From assembly GCA_039814625.1 (NCBI GenBank), contig JBCCAU010000008.1, positions 64,935-128,934 on the forward strand: 64,000 bases of DNA, read 5' to 3'. Below the pieces are notes generated by a model that made no database searches, was not told the DNA's origin, and was given only the letters and a program-made list of their open reading frames with translations. This document shows, piece by piece, positions 9,341 through 18,935 of the stretch; within the stretch, counting starts at the first letter, position 1, and every line of letters begins with the position of its first letter. Both the position numbers and the translations under genes were made by a program. This DNA comes from Pseudomonadota bacterium (GTDB lineage: Bacteria; Pseudomonadota; Alphaproteobacteria; Rhodobacterales; Rhodobacteraceae).

Positions 9341-9375
9341 CGGCGCGGGAGGTGACTCTCGCGCCGTTTTATTTT
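9341..9375 (+). terminator. Intrinsic-terminator-like hairpin antisense to the xis-primase transcript
   Basis: CGGCGCGGGAG-GTGA-CTCTCGCGCCG followed by TTTTATTTT on the + strand. Confidence 0.55.
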
Positions 9376-9599
9376 GCTGCAATCCGATTATCTTGGAGCC
9401 AGTCGATCAGGTCGGCTTTCAGATACCGAACGATCCGCGCTTCGGGCTGGCTATAAGCCGGGCCTGTTTTGCGCTTGCGATGCTGCAACAAGTAATCCTC
9501 GGACACGCCAAGGAATACAGAAGCCTGCTTCGTCGTCATGATCTCTGGGGTCTGCGCGTGTTCAATTGCCGAGCGCAGTTCGGCTATGAGGTCTGTCAT
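9369..9599 (-). CDS. Excisionase/AlpA-like HTH protein
   Basis: MTTKQASVFLGVS...L...R....GP.Y......VRY...DL..W HTH_17-type pattern; AAAGGAG RBS before ATG at 9599. Confidence 0.85.
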   Translation of the reverse strand: MTDLIAELRSAIEHAQTPEIMTTKQASVFLGVSEDYLLQHRKRKTGPAYSQPEARIVRYLKADLIDWLQDNRIAAK

Positions 9600-9758
9600 G
9601 ACCAATGCTCCTTTCAAAGCATTCGGTCAGAACTTCCAGAACATCTCCCTCCTTGGCTGCGCCAGACGATGTTCCTTGGCCACCGAGTTGGGGTGAACGC
9701 CTCAGTGGGGACCTGTTTAAAGCAAAAGCGCGCGGCGACACCGCACGCGCGCCGGACA

Positions 9759-10916
9759 TTACGCAGAAAAGATGCTTTCCGCAACGTCAAAAGAAGAAGT
9801 CGACTTAGAAACAATCTGTTGAGCGACTGCGTTCACGTCGTCGTGGGAGCCAGCCGACTTGATGTATCGGCTCACCGCACCCTTTGCGACGACCTTGTCG
9901 CCGCGCAAATGTTTGATGGTTATCTCAGACAAGCCGACTAGAGCCGCACCCGTGGAGAAGACAGATCGACCGTCTTTCGGGCGCAGCAAGTTCGGGTCAC
10001 CAAGTGGACGGGGCACAACCATCGGAGTGTCCCTTGTCATCGACGCGAACACCCAACGATCATGTATTCGGGGCAGCGATTTGAACGCTGCGACGGCAGG
10101 ATCAGAAAGCGGGAAGGTCCGCTTGAGGTCATTCTTGAGACGCGGGATAGTCAATTGCTTTGCGTCTAGGTCTAAGTGTTCCCATTCGATTTTGCGTAGG
10201 TGGCCGGGACGAATGCCTGTGAACACGACAGCTCCCCAGAAAGCACGCTGACGGCGATCCTTAACCTGCGTAACTAGGTCCATAACAGGCCAAGGTTTAT
10301 CGACGTCAAACAGGAGTTCGTCCTCTCTTTGGCCGAACCCTTGCACACCGTGCGTTGGGTCGTGTTCGAGATCGTTCTGCAACATTAGTTCGTTGGCGTA
10401 GATGGAAGACAGGATGCGGAGGAGTTTGGTTGCAGTTGTCGGCTTGTGGGCGAGTGAGCGAATGCGGTCGTTGACCATCGCCTTGCGAATTTTCAGGATC
10501 GACAAATCGAGCCAATCAGCCACGTGATTGTTAAGCGTGTTCTCGTAATCGTAGATCGTGTTCTGACGCTTGATCTTGGTGCGGGGATCAATCGGATTGC
10601 GCGTGTGGCGGTCGAACGCTTCGCGCAACGTGACCTGCTGTTTCGCCGTTGCCGTTAAGCGCCCTTCGTTCACGGCCTCATTCTGTTCACCGACTTCGCG
10701 ACCCGCAGCCAGATAATCGACGAGCGGCCACGTCCCAATCGTTCGCACCGTATTCTTGCCATCTTGGAATTTTCGGAAGCGCCATGTCTTCGTCTTCGCG
10801 CCCACTTCCATATACAGATTTGGAAAACGGGCATCGCGGTAGCGATCTGTTCCGCTGCCTGAATGTTTAAGCTTATCGAGTGTGCCTTTGGTGAATGTGA
10901 TCGTCTGCGTTGCCAT
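9759..10916 (-). CDS. int: Tyrosine recombinase/integrase with arm-binding N-terminal domain
   Basis: N-terminal arm-type domain, FTGIR box I, KDGR box II, C-terminal RY; adjacent to the att repeat. Confidence 0.9.
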   Translation of the reverse strand: MATQTITFTKGTLDKLKHSGSGTDRYRDARFPNLYMEVGAKTKTWRFRKFQDGKNTVRTIGTWPLVDYLAAGREVGEQNEAVNEGRLTATAKQQVTLREAFDRHTRNPIDPRTKIKRQNTIYDYENTLNNHVADWLDLSILKIRKAMVNDRIRSLAHKPTTATKLLRILSSIYANELMLQNDLEHDPTHGVQGFGQREDELLFDVDKPWPVMDLVTQVKDRRQRAFWGAVVFTGIRPGHLRKIEWEHLDLDAKQLTIPRLKNDLKRTFPLSDPAVAAFKSLPRIHDRWVFASMTRDTPMVVPRPLGDPNLLRPKDGRSVFSTGAALVGLSEITIKHLRGDKVVAKGAVSRYIKSAGSHDDVNAVAQQIVSKSTSSFDVAESIFSA

Positions 10917-11048
10917 GAGGTCGGGCTCCATTTTGCAATTGAATTTTGCAATTGCGTAGTCGCCAAAACCGTGTCCGATCAACCGGAAGTCATTGTTTTT
11001 AAGGTAAAAACTGTCAGATCCACCGTGAGCAACCGACTTCCATTGAAT

Positions 11049-11092
11049 TTGTAATCAGTAGGTCCGCGGTTCAAGTCCGTGTGGGGGCACCA
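11049..11092 (+). repeat. att site: duplicated 3' half of tRNA-Thr(UGU)
   Basis: TTGTAATCAGTAGGTCCGCGGTTCAAGTCCGTGTGGGGGCACCA contains anticodon loop, T-arm GGTTCAA and CCA, but has no intact 5' half. Confidence 0.85.
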
Positions 11093-11294
11093 GATCATCC
11101 CAAAAATGGCAGCGTTTTCCATTGTCGGCATTGCAATAGTGTTCCTTTCGTGCGGGATTTGGGCGCTCGGGTCGATAAAGCGCATTGCGTTCCGCGACGC
11201 CGCAAGCGCATTTAGAGCAGGGTTTTTACTCTGATAGACACTGGGACGCTTAGATCGTTCAAAACGCATGTGATCGTCGGGCAGGGGAAAACCC

Positions 11295-12446
11295 TTATAG
11301 CGCAGCTTGGAAGATGATTTGAAAATCTTCGGCACGCAAGTCGACGGCATTCCGTTTGCTGGAAGATGCAGCTCGAGAGGCTTTGGCAAGAGCTGGGATC
11401 GCCTCTGCCCGCACGTTGAACGCGGCTAGACGTGGCAATCCCTGATCATCTTGCCAGTGCTCAAGACCTGAAAGCTCATCTTGACTGCTGATCGGAGCAA
11501 ATACATGGGCGATAGACGCAAAACAAGTCCGCAATCGCCTCTCTGCCTGTGATCCGGTTTCGCATCTAGCCAAGTTCCGACGCAACGCAGGCACTAGTAA
11601 TCTGCCACATAAAGCACCATGCGGGGCGCCATATTGGCCGCCCAATATGGACGCGGCACCATGCACCGCACCAAGTCCGGAATTCGCAAGCGCAACGCCG
11701 CTGCTGGTACTCACCCATGCCATGGCGCGCCAAGCTTCTGGATCGCCAGAGGCCAGAATGGTTTTTAGGGCATCTAGACCAAGGGCAATGTTCGGTTCAG
11801 TCAAGGCATCAGAGAAGGGCGTGGCTGCGTTCGAGGTATAAGCTTCTATCGTTTGCACAACCGCATCTAACCCAGATGATAGAACGGTGCGCGCGGGCGC
11901 CGATGGCAACAGTGCCGGGTCAATCAAGGCGTAGCTTGCATAGAGTCCACGTCCTCGCAAACTGACTTTGGCTCGCTGAGAAGGGATATCCAAAACTGCG
12001 TTCGCTGTTGCCTCTGCGCCGGTTCCAGCCGTCGTTGGGATCGCAACAAGCGGCAAAGGCCCGGGTTTGTCCAAAAGCGCGGTTGGGGTATCGCCAAACG
12101 CGTCTGTCAGATTGAGGTCATGCCCTAAGCAAAATGCAACAGCTTTTCCGGTGTCGAGCACCGATCCACCACCACAAGCAACCACGGCGTCAATTGCCTT
12201 GTCCGAAAGGGCCTGAACAGCTGCGTTTACAGATGCCACCGAGGGCTCGTGGCCGCAGGTCAGCTGAAGTACGGAAACCCCGTGTCTTTCTAAAAGTGCA
12301 ATGATCGGTTGGGCCGCAGCACCAACTGCGCCCCGCAGAACAGCCACATGGCGCGCGCTTTGTGGCAAGACATCAACTACCTCTTTGCTGACCCCATCGC
12401 CAAAGCGCAGCTGTGTTGGGACGCGAAATGAAAACGGGTGTTGCAT
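11295..12446 (-). CDS. Iron-containing alcohol dehydrogenase
   Basis: GGGS..D.GK, PTTAGTGAE, D...Q.IE, and H...H metal ligands. Confidence 0.92.
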   Translation of the reverse strand: MQHPFSFRVPTQLRFGDGVSKEVVDVLPQSARHVAVLRGAVGAAAQPIIALLERHGVSVLQLTCGHEPSVASVNAAVQALSDKAIDAVVACGGGSVLDTGKAVAFCLGHDLNLTDAFGDTPTALLDKPGPLPLVAIPTTAGTGAEATANAVLDIPSQRAKVSLRGRGLYASYALIDPALLPSAPARTVLSSGLDAVVQTIEAYTSNAATPFSDALTEPNIALGLDALKTILASGDPEAWRAMAWVSTSSGVALANSGLGAVHGAASILGGQYGAPHGALCGRLLVPALRRNLARCETGSQAERRLRTCFASIAHVFAPISSQDELSGLEHWQDDQGLPRLAAFNVRAEAIPALAKASRAASSSKRNAVDLRAEDFQIIFQAAL

Positions 12447-12455
12447 GGATTTGGT

Positions 12456-13943
12456 TTAGAACGTCATTGCGGCGTGGACGGCCCGTTGCCACGAAGCGTA
12501 CTTTTCCGAACGGATTTCGGATGGTAGATTTGGCGTAAATTGCTGATCCACCTCCCATTGGGCCGCGAATTCTTCTTGGCCGGGCAGGGCGTCTGCCTGC
12601 ATACCGGCCAGCCAAGCGACCCCTAAAGCGGTTGTCTCCAGCACTTTTGGACGGTCTACGGGCGCGTCAATGATGTCGGCGAGGAATTGGATGGTCCAGT
12701 CTGATGCGCTCATACCGCCATCGACGCGCAACACCTGGTTTGTATCCTGAGAAGGCCAATCCGCGCGCATTGCTTCAAGCAGGTCGCGCGTCTGAAATCC
12801 GACGCTCTCTAGGGCGGCCCGGGCAAGCTCCTCTGGACCGGTATTGCGGGTCATGCCAAAGATCGCGCCGCGGCATTCTGGGTCCCAATATGGTGCACCA
12901 AGACCTGTAAAAGCTGGCACCATGACTACGGATTGGGACGGGTTGGCTCGTTCTGCCAGCGGTTGCGTGTCGGACGCGTGACGAATTATTTGCAAACCGT
13001 CGCGCAACCATTGCACGACCGCGCCGGCGATAAAGATCGACCCTTCCAATGCGTATGTGGGTTTTCCGTTCAACTGATAAGCAATGGTTGTTAAAAGCTT
13101 GTTTGACGATTTTACGGCCGCATCCCCGGTATTGAGCAGGGCAAAACAGCCAGTCCCATAGGTTGACTTCATCATGCCCGGCTTGAAGCAGGCTTGGCCA
13201 AGCGTTGCAGCTTGCTGGTCGCCGGCTACACCGCAAATCGGGATAGCGCGACCAAATAGATCGCTGCGACAAAGTCCAAAATCAGCGGCGCAATCTTTGA
13301 CTTCGGGCAGTATAGAGATTGGGATATCCATCATATCGCAGATTGTCTGGCTCCACCGCCCTTTGCGTATGTCATAGAGCATCGTGCGTGCTGCGTTGGT
13401 TGCGTCGGTTGCATGCACCTTACCGCCTGTCAGTTTCCAAATGAGGTAGGTGTCGACGGTCCCGAACAACAGTTCATCGCGGGCAGCGGCGCTGCGTGCG
13501 CCGTCAACATTATCAAGAATCCATTTCAGTTTGGTGCCCGAGAAATAAGGGTCTAGCAGCAAGCCTGTTCTGTCGGCTACCATGTCGGCATGGCCTGCGT
13601 CGTGCAGATCGCGGCAATACTGTGCGGTCCGCCGGTCTTGCCAAACAATGGCGTTGTAAATGGCCTGGCCGGTTTTTCTGTTCCAGATCACAGTCGTTTC
13701 GCGTTGATTGGTTATACCAATAGATACGATTTCGCTTGCATCGATTCCGGCGCGTTCAATCACAGCACGCGATGTGCCAGCGGTTGTCGCCCAAAGGTCT
13801 TCAGGGTCATGTTCGACCCAGCCTGATTGCGGGAAGATCTGCGGAAATTCCTCTTGTGACACAGCAACCGGTGTCAGGGTTTTGTCGAACAGGATGGCAC
13901 GAGACGATGTTGTGCCCTGATCAATCGAAAGAACGTAAGTCAT
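12456..13943 (-). CDS. glpK: Glycerol kinase
   Basis: [30 protein letters not shown] motifs. Confidence 0.97.
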   Translation of the reverse strand: MTYVLSIDQGTTSSRAILFDKTLTPVAVSQEEFPQIFPQSGWVEHDPEDLWATTAGTSRAVIERAGIDASEIVSIGITNQRETTVIWNRKTGQAIYNAIVWQDRRTAQYCRDLHDAGHADMVADRTGLLLDPYFSGTKLKWILDNVDGARSAAARDELLFGTVDTYLIWKLTGGKVHATDATNAARTMLYDIRKGRWSQTICDMMDIPISILPEVKDCAADFGLCRSDLFGRAIPICGVAGDQQAATLGQACFKPGMMKSTYGTGCFALLNTGDAAVKSSNKLLTTIAYQLNGKPTYALEGSIFIAGAVVQWLRDGLQIIRHASDTQPLAERANPSQSVVMVPAFTGLGAPYWDPECRGAIFGMTRNTGPEELARAALESVGFQTRDLLEAMRADWPSQDTNQVLRVDGGMSASDWTIQFLADIIDAPVDRPKVLETTALGVAWLAGMQADALPGQEEFAAQWEVDQQFTPNLPSEIRSEKYASWQRAVHAAMTF

Positions 13944-14002
13944 ATTGTGAACTCTCGCAAAGGGTTGGGTGGCCTTGTCAAAGGATAACCCAAAATGAGA
14001 GC

Positions 14003-14024
14003 GGGGCGCAAAAAAATGCGCCCC
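14003..14024. promoter_or_regulatory. Intercistronic hairpin after the SBP gene
   Basis: GGGGCGCA-AAAAAA-TGCGCCCC perfect inverted repeat. Confidence 0.45.
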
Positions 14025-14048
14025 ACCCTTGGGGGATACCCCGTCTTA

Positions 14049-15770
14049 TTACTGCCAGGACTTGATCAACTCGTCATAGGCAACAGTCATCGGCTCTTCG
14101 TCTTCGTTGGCCAGTTTCGCAAACGGAGCACCGGGCTGACCGAACCAATGGCCGGCCCCAAGCTCGTCGTTCATTACCGGACCAAGATCACCTTGAACGC
14201 CTGCGCGCTCAAGCCGCTCAAGCACAGATTCTTGTGCTTCACAAAGCGCATCCAGCGCCTCTTGGGCCGTTTTCTGACCTGACATCGCATCACCGATGTT
14301 TTGCCACCATAGCTGCGCCAGACGTGGATAGTCTGGCACGTTGGTGCCGGTTGGCGACCAGGCCACGCGGGCAGGTGAACGGTAGAACTCGATGAGGCCA
14401 CCCAACTTGTCGGCACGATCCGTGAAGTGCTCTGAGTTGATCGTGCTTTCGCGAATGAAGGTCAGACCAACATCAGATTTCTTTAGATCTACCGTTTTTG
14501 AGGTCACGAACTGGGCGTAAAGCCATGCCGCTTTGGCACGATCGACAGGCGTGGATTCCATCAAAGTCCACGAACCGGCGTCCTGATAGCCGACCTTTTG
14601 GCCTTCTTTCCAGTAAACCCCATGTGGCGACGGGGCCATACGCCATTTGGGTGTGCCGTCTTCGTTCATCACAGGCAAGCCCGGCTCAACCGTGGCTGCT
14701 GTAAAGGCGGTGTACCAGAACATCTGTTGGGCAATGTTGCCTTGCGCCGGAAGCGGACCCGCTTCTGAGAAGGTCATGCCTGCAGCGGCCGGGGGCGAGT
14801 ATTTCTCCAGCCATTCAATGGCCTTTTGAACCGCATAGACAGCTGCCGGAGAGTTGGTCGCTCCGCCACGTGAAACGCAAGAACCAACAGGTTGGGAGTT
14901 TTCGTTAACACGAATGCCCCACTCATCGACTGGAAGGCCATTCGGCTCACCGACGTCGCCCATGCCCGCCATGGACATCCAAGCATCGGTGTACCGCCAG
15001 CCAAGCGATGGGTCTTTCTTGCCGTAGTCCATGTTGCCAAAGACATCGCCGTCCACGCCCATATGGCTTAGGTCGCGACCGGTAAAGAACTCGGCAATAT
15101 CTTCATAAGCGGACCAGTTGACCGGAACGCCCAACTCATAGCCATAGGCCGCTTGGAAATCGGCCATGTTCTTTTCGTCTGTGAACCAGTCGTAGCGGAA
15201 CCAGTAGAGGTTTGCGAATTGCTGACTGGGCAGCTGGTAAAGTTTGCCATCAGGGCCAGTCGTAAAGCTGGTTCCGATGAAATCGCCGACATCCAGCGTC
15301 GGCAACGTCACGTCTGCGCCTTCACCTGCCATCCAGTCGGTCAAGTTGCGCACCTGCTGATAGCGCCAGTGGGTCCCGATTAGATCGGAATCGTTGATAT
15401 AGGCGTCATAGATGTTTTCGCCCGACTGCATTTGCGTCTGCAGTTTCTCCACAACATCGCCTTCACCGATTAGGTCATGAGTGACCTGAATACCTGTGAT
15501 CGCGGTGAATGCTGGGGCAAGAACCTGGCTTTCATATTCATGCGTTGTGATGGTTTCAGAGACGACTTTGATCTCCATCCCTTGAAACGCTTGTGCCGCG
15601 TCAACAAAGAATTGCATCTCTGCTTCTTGCTCCTCGCGAGAGAGAACGGACAAGCCCGCAACCTCACTGTCGAGAAACTCCATTGCAGCGTCCATATCAG
15701 CAAAGCCAGGAGACGCAGATAGCGTCAACGCAGCGGCAAGTACCGTAGACGTTCTAAGTAACAAGTTCAT
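14049..15770 (-). CDS. Glycerol ABC transporter substrate-binding protein (GlpV-like)
   Basis: Signal peptide; large CUT1 SBP within the glp cluster. Confidence 0.9.
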   Translation of the reverse strand: MNLLLRTSTVLAAALTLSASPGFADMDAAMEFLDSEVAGLSVLSREEQEAEMQFFVDAAQAFQGMEIKVVSETITTHEYESQVLAPAFTAITGIQVTHDLIGEGDVVEKLQTQMQSGENIYDAYINDSDLIGTHWRYQQVRNLTDWMAGEGADVTLPTLDVGDFIGTSFTTGPDGKLYQLPSQQFANLYWFRYDWFTDEKNMADFQAAYGYELGVPVNWSAYEDIAEFFTGRDLSHMGVDGDVFGNMDYGKKDPSLGWRYTDAWMSMAGMGDVGEPNGLPVDEWGIRVNENSQPVGSCVSRGGATNSPAAVYAVQKAIEWLEKYSPPAAAGMTFSEAGPLPAQGNIAQQMFWYTAFTAATVEPGLPVMNEDGTPKWRMAPSPHGVYWKEGQKVGYQDAGSWTLMESTPVDRAKAAWLYAQFVTSKTVDLKKSDVGLTFIRESTINSEHFTDRADKLGGLIEFYRSPARVAWSPTGTNVPDYPRLAQLWWQNIGDAMSGQKTAQEALDALCEAQESVLERLERAGVQGDLGPVMNDELGAGHWFGQPGAPFAKLANEDEEPMTVAYDELIKSWQ

Positions 15771-15846
15771 TTGTGTCCTCCCTTATTGAACTTGGGGTCT
15801 TATTGCCGGACGGTACATTGCACTATCCGGTTACTCATCAGCGCAT

Positions 15847-16119
15847 TCAAACAAAACGAAACACCAAAACGGCGTAGAACGCGCAGATCACAAGGGCCCA
15901 CCATTGGGCCATTTCGGTTAGGCCCAACCAGGCCAGATTTATGAATGCCGAACCGAGAAGGGTGATGAATAGCCTGTCACCTCGTGTGGTTTCGATACGC
16001 AACACGCCAATGCGGGGTGTTTCAGGAAACCGGATCGCTAAGATCGTGAAGGTAATAAGCAGGCTGGCAATCACCATAAAGAAAATCGCTGTGGGCCATG
16101 TCCATGCCATCCATTCCAT
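15847..16119 (-). CDS. Small integral membrane protein (DUF2160/GlpU-like)
   Basis: WMAWT.PTAIFF and ETTRGDRLFI motifs. Confidence 0.88.
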   Translation of the reverse strand: MEWMAWTWPTAIFFMVIASLLITFTILAIRFPETPRIGVLRIETTRGDRLFITLLGSAFINLAWLGLTEMAQWWALVICAFYAVLVFRFV

Positions 16120-16131
16120 ATGCGTAACTCC

Positions 16132-16977
16132 TTATACCCGGCCTAAGGCAAAGCCTTTGGCAATGTAGTTTCTGACAAAGTAGATCACGAGTGCGCCAGG
16201 CACGATCGTCAGGAACCCCGCCGCCGCCAAGACGCCCCAGTCGATGCCTGCCGCGCCCTGAGTGCGGGTCATGATCGCTGCGATGGGTTTGGCATCAACC
16301 GTGGTCAGGGTCCGGCTGAGCAAAAGTTCCACCCATGAGAACATAAAGCAGAAGAATGCCGCGACCCCGATGCCAGATGCAATCAATGGCATGAAGATTC
16401 TTACAAAGAACCTGCCAAAGGAATACCCGTCGATATAAGCAGTCTCATCTATTTCTTTGGGAACGCCACGCATAAACCCCTCAAGGATCCAAACCGCAAG
16501 CGGTACATTAAACAGGCAATGCGCCAGAGCGACGGCAATATGAGTGTCAAAGAGGCCTACGCTGGAATAAAGTTGAAAGAATGGCAGGGCAAAAACCGCA
16601 GGCGGAGCCATACGGTTGGTCAGGAGCCAGAAAAACAAATGCTTGTCGCCCATGAAATGATAGCGGCTGAATGCGTAGGCTGCTGGTAGTGCCACAGCCA
16701 GACTGATAATTGTGTTCATAACAACGTAAATCAGTGAGTTGATATAGCCTGTGTACCAAGCTGGGTCCGTCAGGATCGTGCGGTAATTGTCCAATGTGAA
16801 ATCCGCGGGCCATAGTGTAAACGAGCTGACAATCTCGGTGTTGGTTTTAAAGCTCATGTTTAAAAGCCAATAGATCGGCAACATTAAAAACAGCAGGTAG
16901 ATGGCCATGACCACGGTGCTGCTCTTGATACGAGGTATGCTGCGTGTATGGGTTTGGGTGAGGGTTGTGTCTGTCAT
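16132..16977 (-). CDS. Glycerol ABC transporter permease (GlpQ-like)
   Basis: Hydrophobic protein with EAA-like loop ETAYIDG. Confidence 0.9.
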   Translation of the reverse strand: MTDTTLTQTHTRSIPRIKSSTVVMAIYLLFLMLPIYWLLNMSFKTNTEIVSSFTLWPADFTLDNYRTILTDPAWYTGYINSLIYVVMNTIISLAVALPAAYAFSRYHFMGDKHLFFWLLTNRMAPPAVFALPFFQLYSSVGLFDTHIAVALAHCLFNVPLAVWILEGFMRGVPKEIDETAYIDGYSFGRFFVRIFMPLIASGIGVAAFFCFMFSWVELLLSRTLTTVDAKPIAAIMTRTQGAAGIDWGVLAAAGFLTIVPGALVIYFVRNYIAKGFALGRV

Positions 16978-16980
16978 CGC

Positions 16981-17850
16981 CTAGCCCTCTCGCTTATCAA
17001 GATTGGTCATCAGGGTGTAAAACACCCAGGAAATCAATAGGATGACCAGGAAATACATGATCGAGAAGGCCGCCGCCGGGCCAAGGTCAAACTGACCCAG
17101 CGCCATTTTCACAAGATCAATCGATAACATTGTCGTGGTCGAACCGGGCCCGCCGCCGGTCACCACAAAAGGTTCGGTGTAAATCATGAAGCTATCCATG
17201 AAGCGCAGCAGGATTGCGATCATCAGAACACCCATCATCTTGGGAAGTTCGATATAGCGAAATACGTTCCAGCGGCTGGCTTGATCGATTTTTGCGGCTT
17301 GATAATAAGCGTCCGGAATTGATTTTAGCCCCGCATACGCCAAAAGCGCGACGAGGGATGTCCAATGCCAAACATCCATAATTATGATCGTAACCCAGGC
17401 TGAAAAAGGATCACTGGTATAGTTGTAGTCAATGCCAAGAGCGGCCAGCGAGTATCCCAGAAGTCCGATGTCGACGCGGCCAAAGATCTGCCAGATTGTA
17501 CCCACGACATTCCAAGGGATTAGAAGCGGCAGTGACATCGTCACCAGACAGAAACTGACCCAAAACCCGCTTTTAGGCATGTTTAACGCGATAAAAACAC
17601 CTAAAGGTATCTGGATGGTTAGGATAATGGCCGAAAACAAGAGCTGTCGACCCAGCGCGTCCCACATGCGGTCGTCGCGCAGCATATCCCGAAACCATTC
17701 TGTGCCGGCCCAAAAGAACTGATTGTTGCCGAAGGTGTCCTGCACGGAATAGTTTACGACTGTCATCAGCGGGATCACCGCAGAAAATGCCACCAGAACC
17801 AGAACGGGTAGGACCAGAAACCAAGCCTTTTGGTTGATCGTCTTTTCCAT
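16981..17850 (-). CDS. Glycerol ABC transporter permease (GlpP-like)
   Basis: DVWHWT and QAAKID EAA-like loop. Confidence 0.9.
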   Translation of the reverse strand: MEKTINQKAWFLVLPVLVLVAFSAVIPLMTVVNYSVQDTFGNNQFFWAGTEWFRDMLRDDRMWDALGRQLLFSAIILTIQIPLGVFIALNMPKSGFWVSFCLVTMSLPLLIPWNVVGTIWQIFGRVDIGLLGYSLAALGIDYNYTSDPFSAWVTIIIMDVWHWTSLVALLAYAGLKSIPDAYYQAAKIDQASRWNVFRYIELPKMMGVLMIAILLRFMDSFMIYTEPFVVTGGGPGSTTTMLSIDLVKMALGQFDLGPAAAFSIMYFLVILLISWVFYTLMTNLDKREG

Positions 17851-18926
17851 TAGGCGGCCTTTCCTTCTGTGCGCCAGTCATTGACGTAAACATTCACCCT
17901 TGACGGATCGAATGCGACGCGGTTCATGTCCGGAGAAATTGTACTGTCTTCGCCAGCTAAAATGTTGATTTCGCTGCCAAAAAGGTCGGCGCGCACGATC
18001 TTGTGCCGTCCGACGTCTTCGACGCGGCGTACCTTTACAGGCAAGCCCTCGTTTTCGGTTAGGGTGACAAATTCGGGTCGGATGCCCAATTCAACCTTGC
18101 CTTTCAACGGTTCAAAAGACTGGTTGAGTTGTACTGTCGCGCCGTGAACACTCGCGGTTGTGCCATCGACCGAGGCCGGGATGACATTCATACCGGGTGA
18201 ACCAATGAAATAGCCTACGAAGGTGTGCATAGGTCGTTCAAACAACTCTTCAGGGGTACCAATTTGGACAACCCTCCCATCAAACATGACGACAACCTTG
18301 TCGGCGAAAGTCAGCGCTTCGGTTTGATCATGCGTGACATAGATCATCGTGTGACCAAACTCGTGGTGGAGAGATTTAAGCTGCGTGCGCAGCTCCCACT
18401 TCACATGCGGATCAATCACGGTGAGTGGCTCATCAAACAAAAGCGCATTCACGTCATCGCGCACCATCCCGCGCCCAAGCGAGATTTTTTGCTTGGCATC
18501 TGCCGTCAGTCCACGCGCGCGCTTGTCTAGTTCGGCCTCCATTCCGATCATGTGCCCGATCTGTTGAACGCGTTCCGCAATATATTCTGCGTTAGCACCA
18601 CGGTTTTTCAAAGGGAAAGCCAGATTGTCGCGTACGGTCATGGTATCATAGACCACCGGGAACTGGAAAACTTGCGCGATGTTGCGATCGGCGGTGCTGG
18701 ATTGGGTCACGTCGACATCATCAAAAAGGATACGACCTTTGCTGGGATGGACCAGTCCGGAAATAATGTTGAGAAGGGTGGATTTTCCACATCCAGATGC
18801 ACCCAGCAGTGCATAAGCCTCGCCGTCGGCCCAGACATGGTTCAGTTCTTTAAGCGCGAAATCATCCTCGCCAGCAGGGTTGGGGCTGTAGGAATGCGCA
18901 AGGTTATCTAAAGTGATTTTTGCCAT
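17850..18926 (-). CDS. Glycerol ABC transporter ATP-binding protein (GlpT-like)
   Basis: GASGCGKS, LLFDEP. Confidence 0.92.
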   Translation of the reverse strand: MAKITLDNLAHSYSPNPAGEDDFALKELNHVWADGEAYALLGASGCGKSTLLNIISGLVHPSKGRILFDDVDVTQSSTADRNIAQVFQFPVVYDTMTVRDNLAFPLKNRGANAEYIAERVQQIGHMIGMEAELDKRARGLTADAKQKISLGRGMVRDDVNALLFDEPLTVIDPHVKWELRTQLKSLHHEFGHTMIYVTHDQTEALTFADKVVVMFDGRVVQIGTPEELFERPMHTFVGYFIGSPGMNVIPASVDGTTASVHGATVQLNQSFEPLKGKVELGIRPEFVTLTENEGLPVKVRRVEDVGRHKIVRADLFGSEINILAGEDSTISPDMNRVAFDPSRVNVYVNDWRTEGKAA

Positions 18927-18935
18927 GATCCCCCC

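Larger units (their letters stand above)
1..11092. mobile_element. Integrated phage-satellite/PICI-like or prophage-remnant element; right part only, left boundary outside window
   Basis: Integrase next to a tRNA 3'-half repeat, HTH excisionase, primase-helicase, TerS and TerL genes mostly co-oriented on the minus strand; visibly more GC-rich than flanking host genes. Confidence 0.88.

Noticed and set aside
11049-11092. Intact tRNA-Thr gene
   Set aside because: The acceptor-stem 5' strand and a proper D-arm are missing; treated as an att repeat
10979-11389. 136-aa minus-strand ORF across the att site
   Set aside because: Includes the tRNA-antisense translation (WCPHTDLNRGPTDYK), a typical spurious ORF
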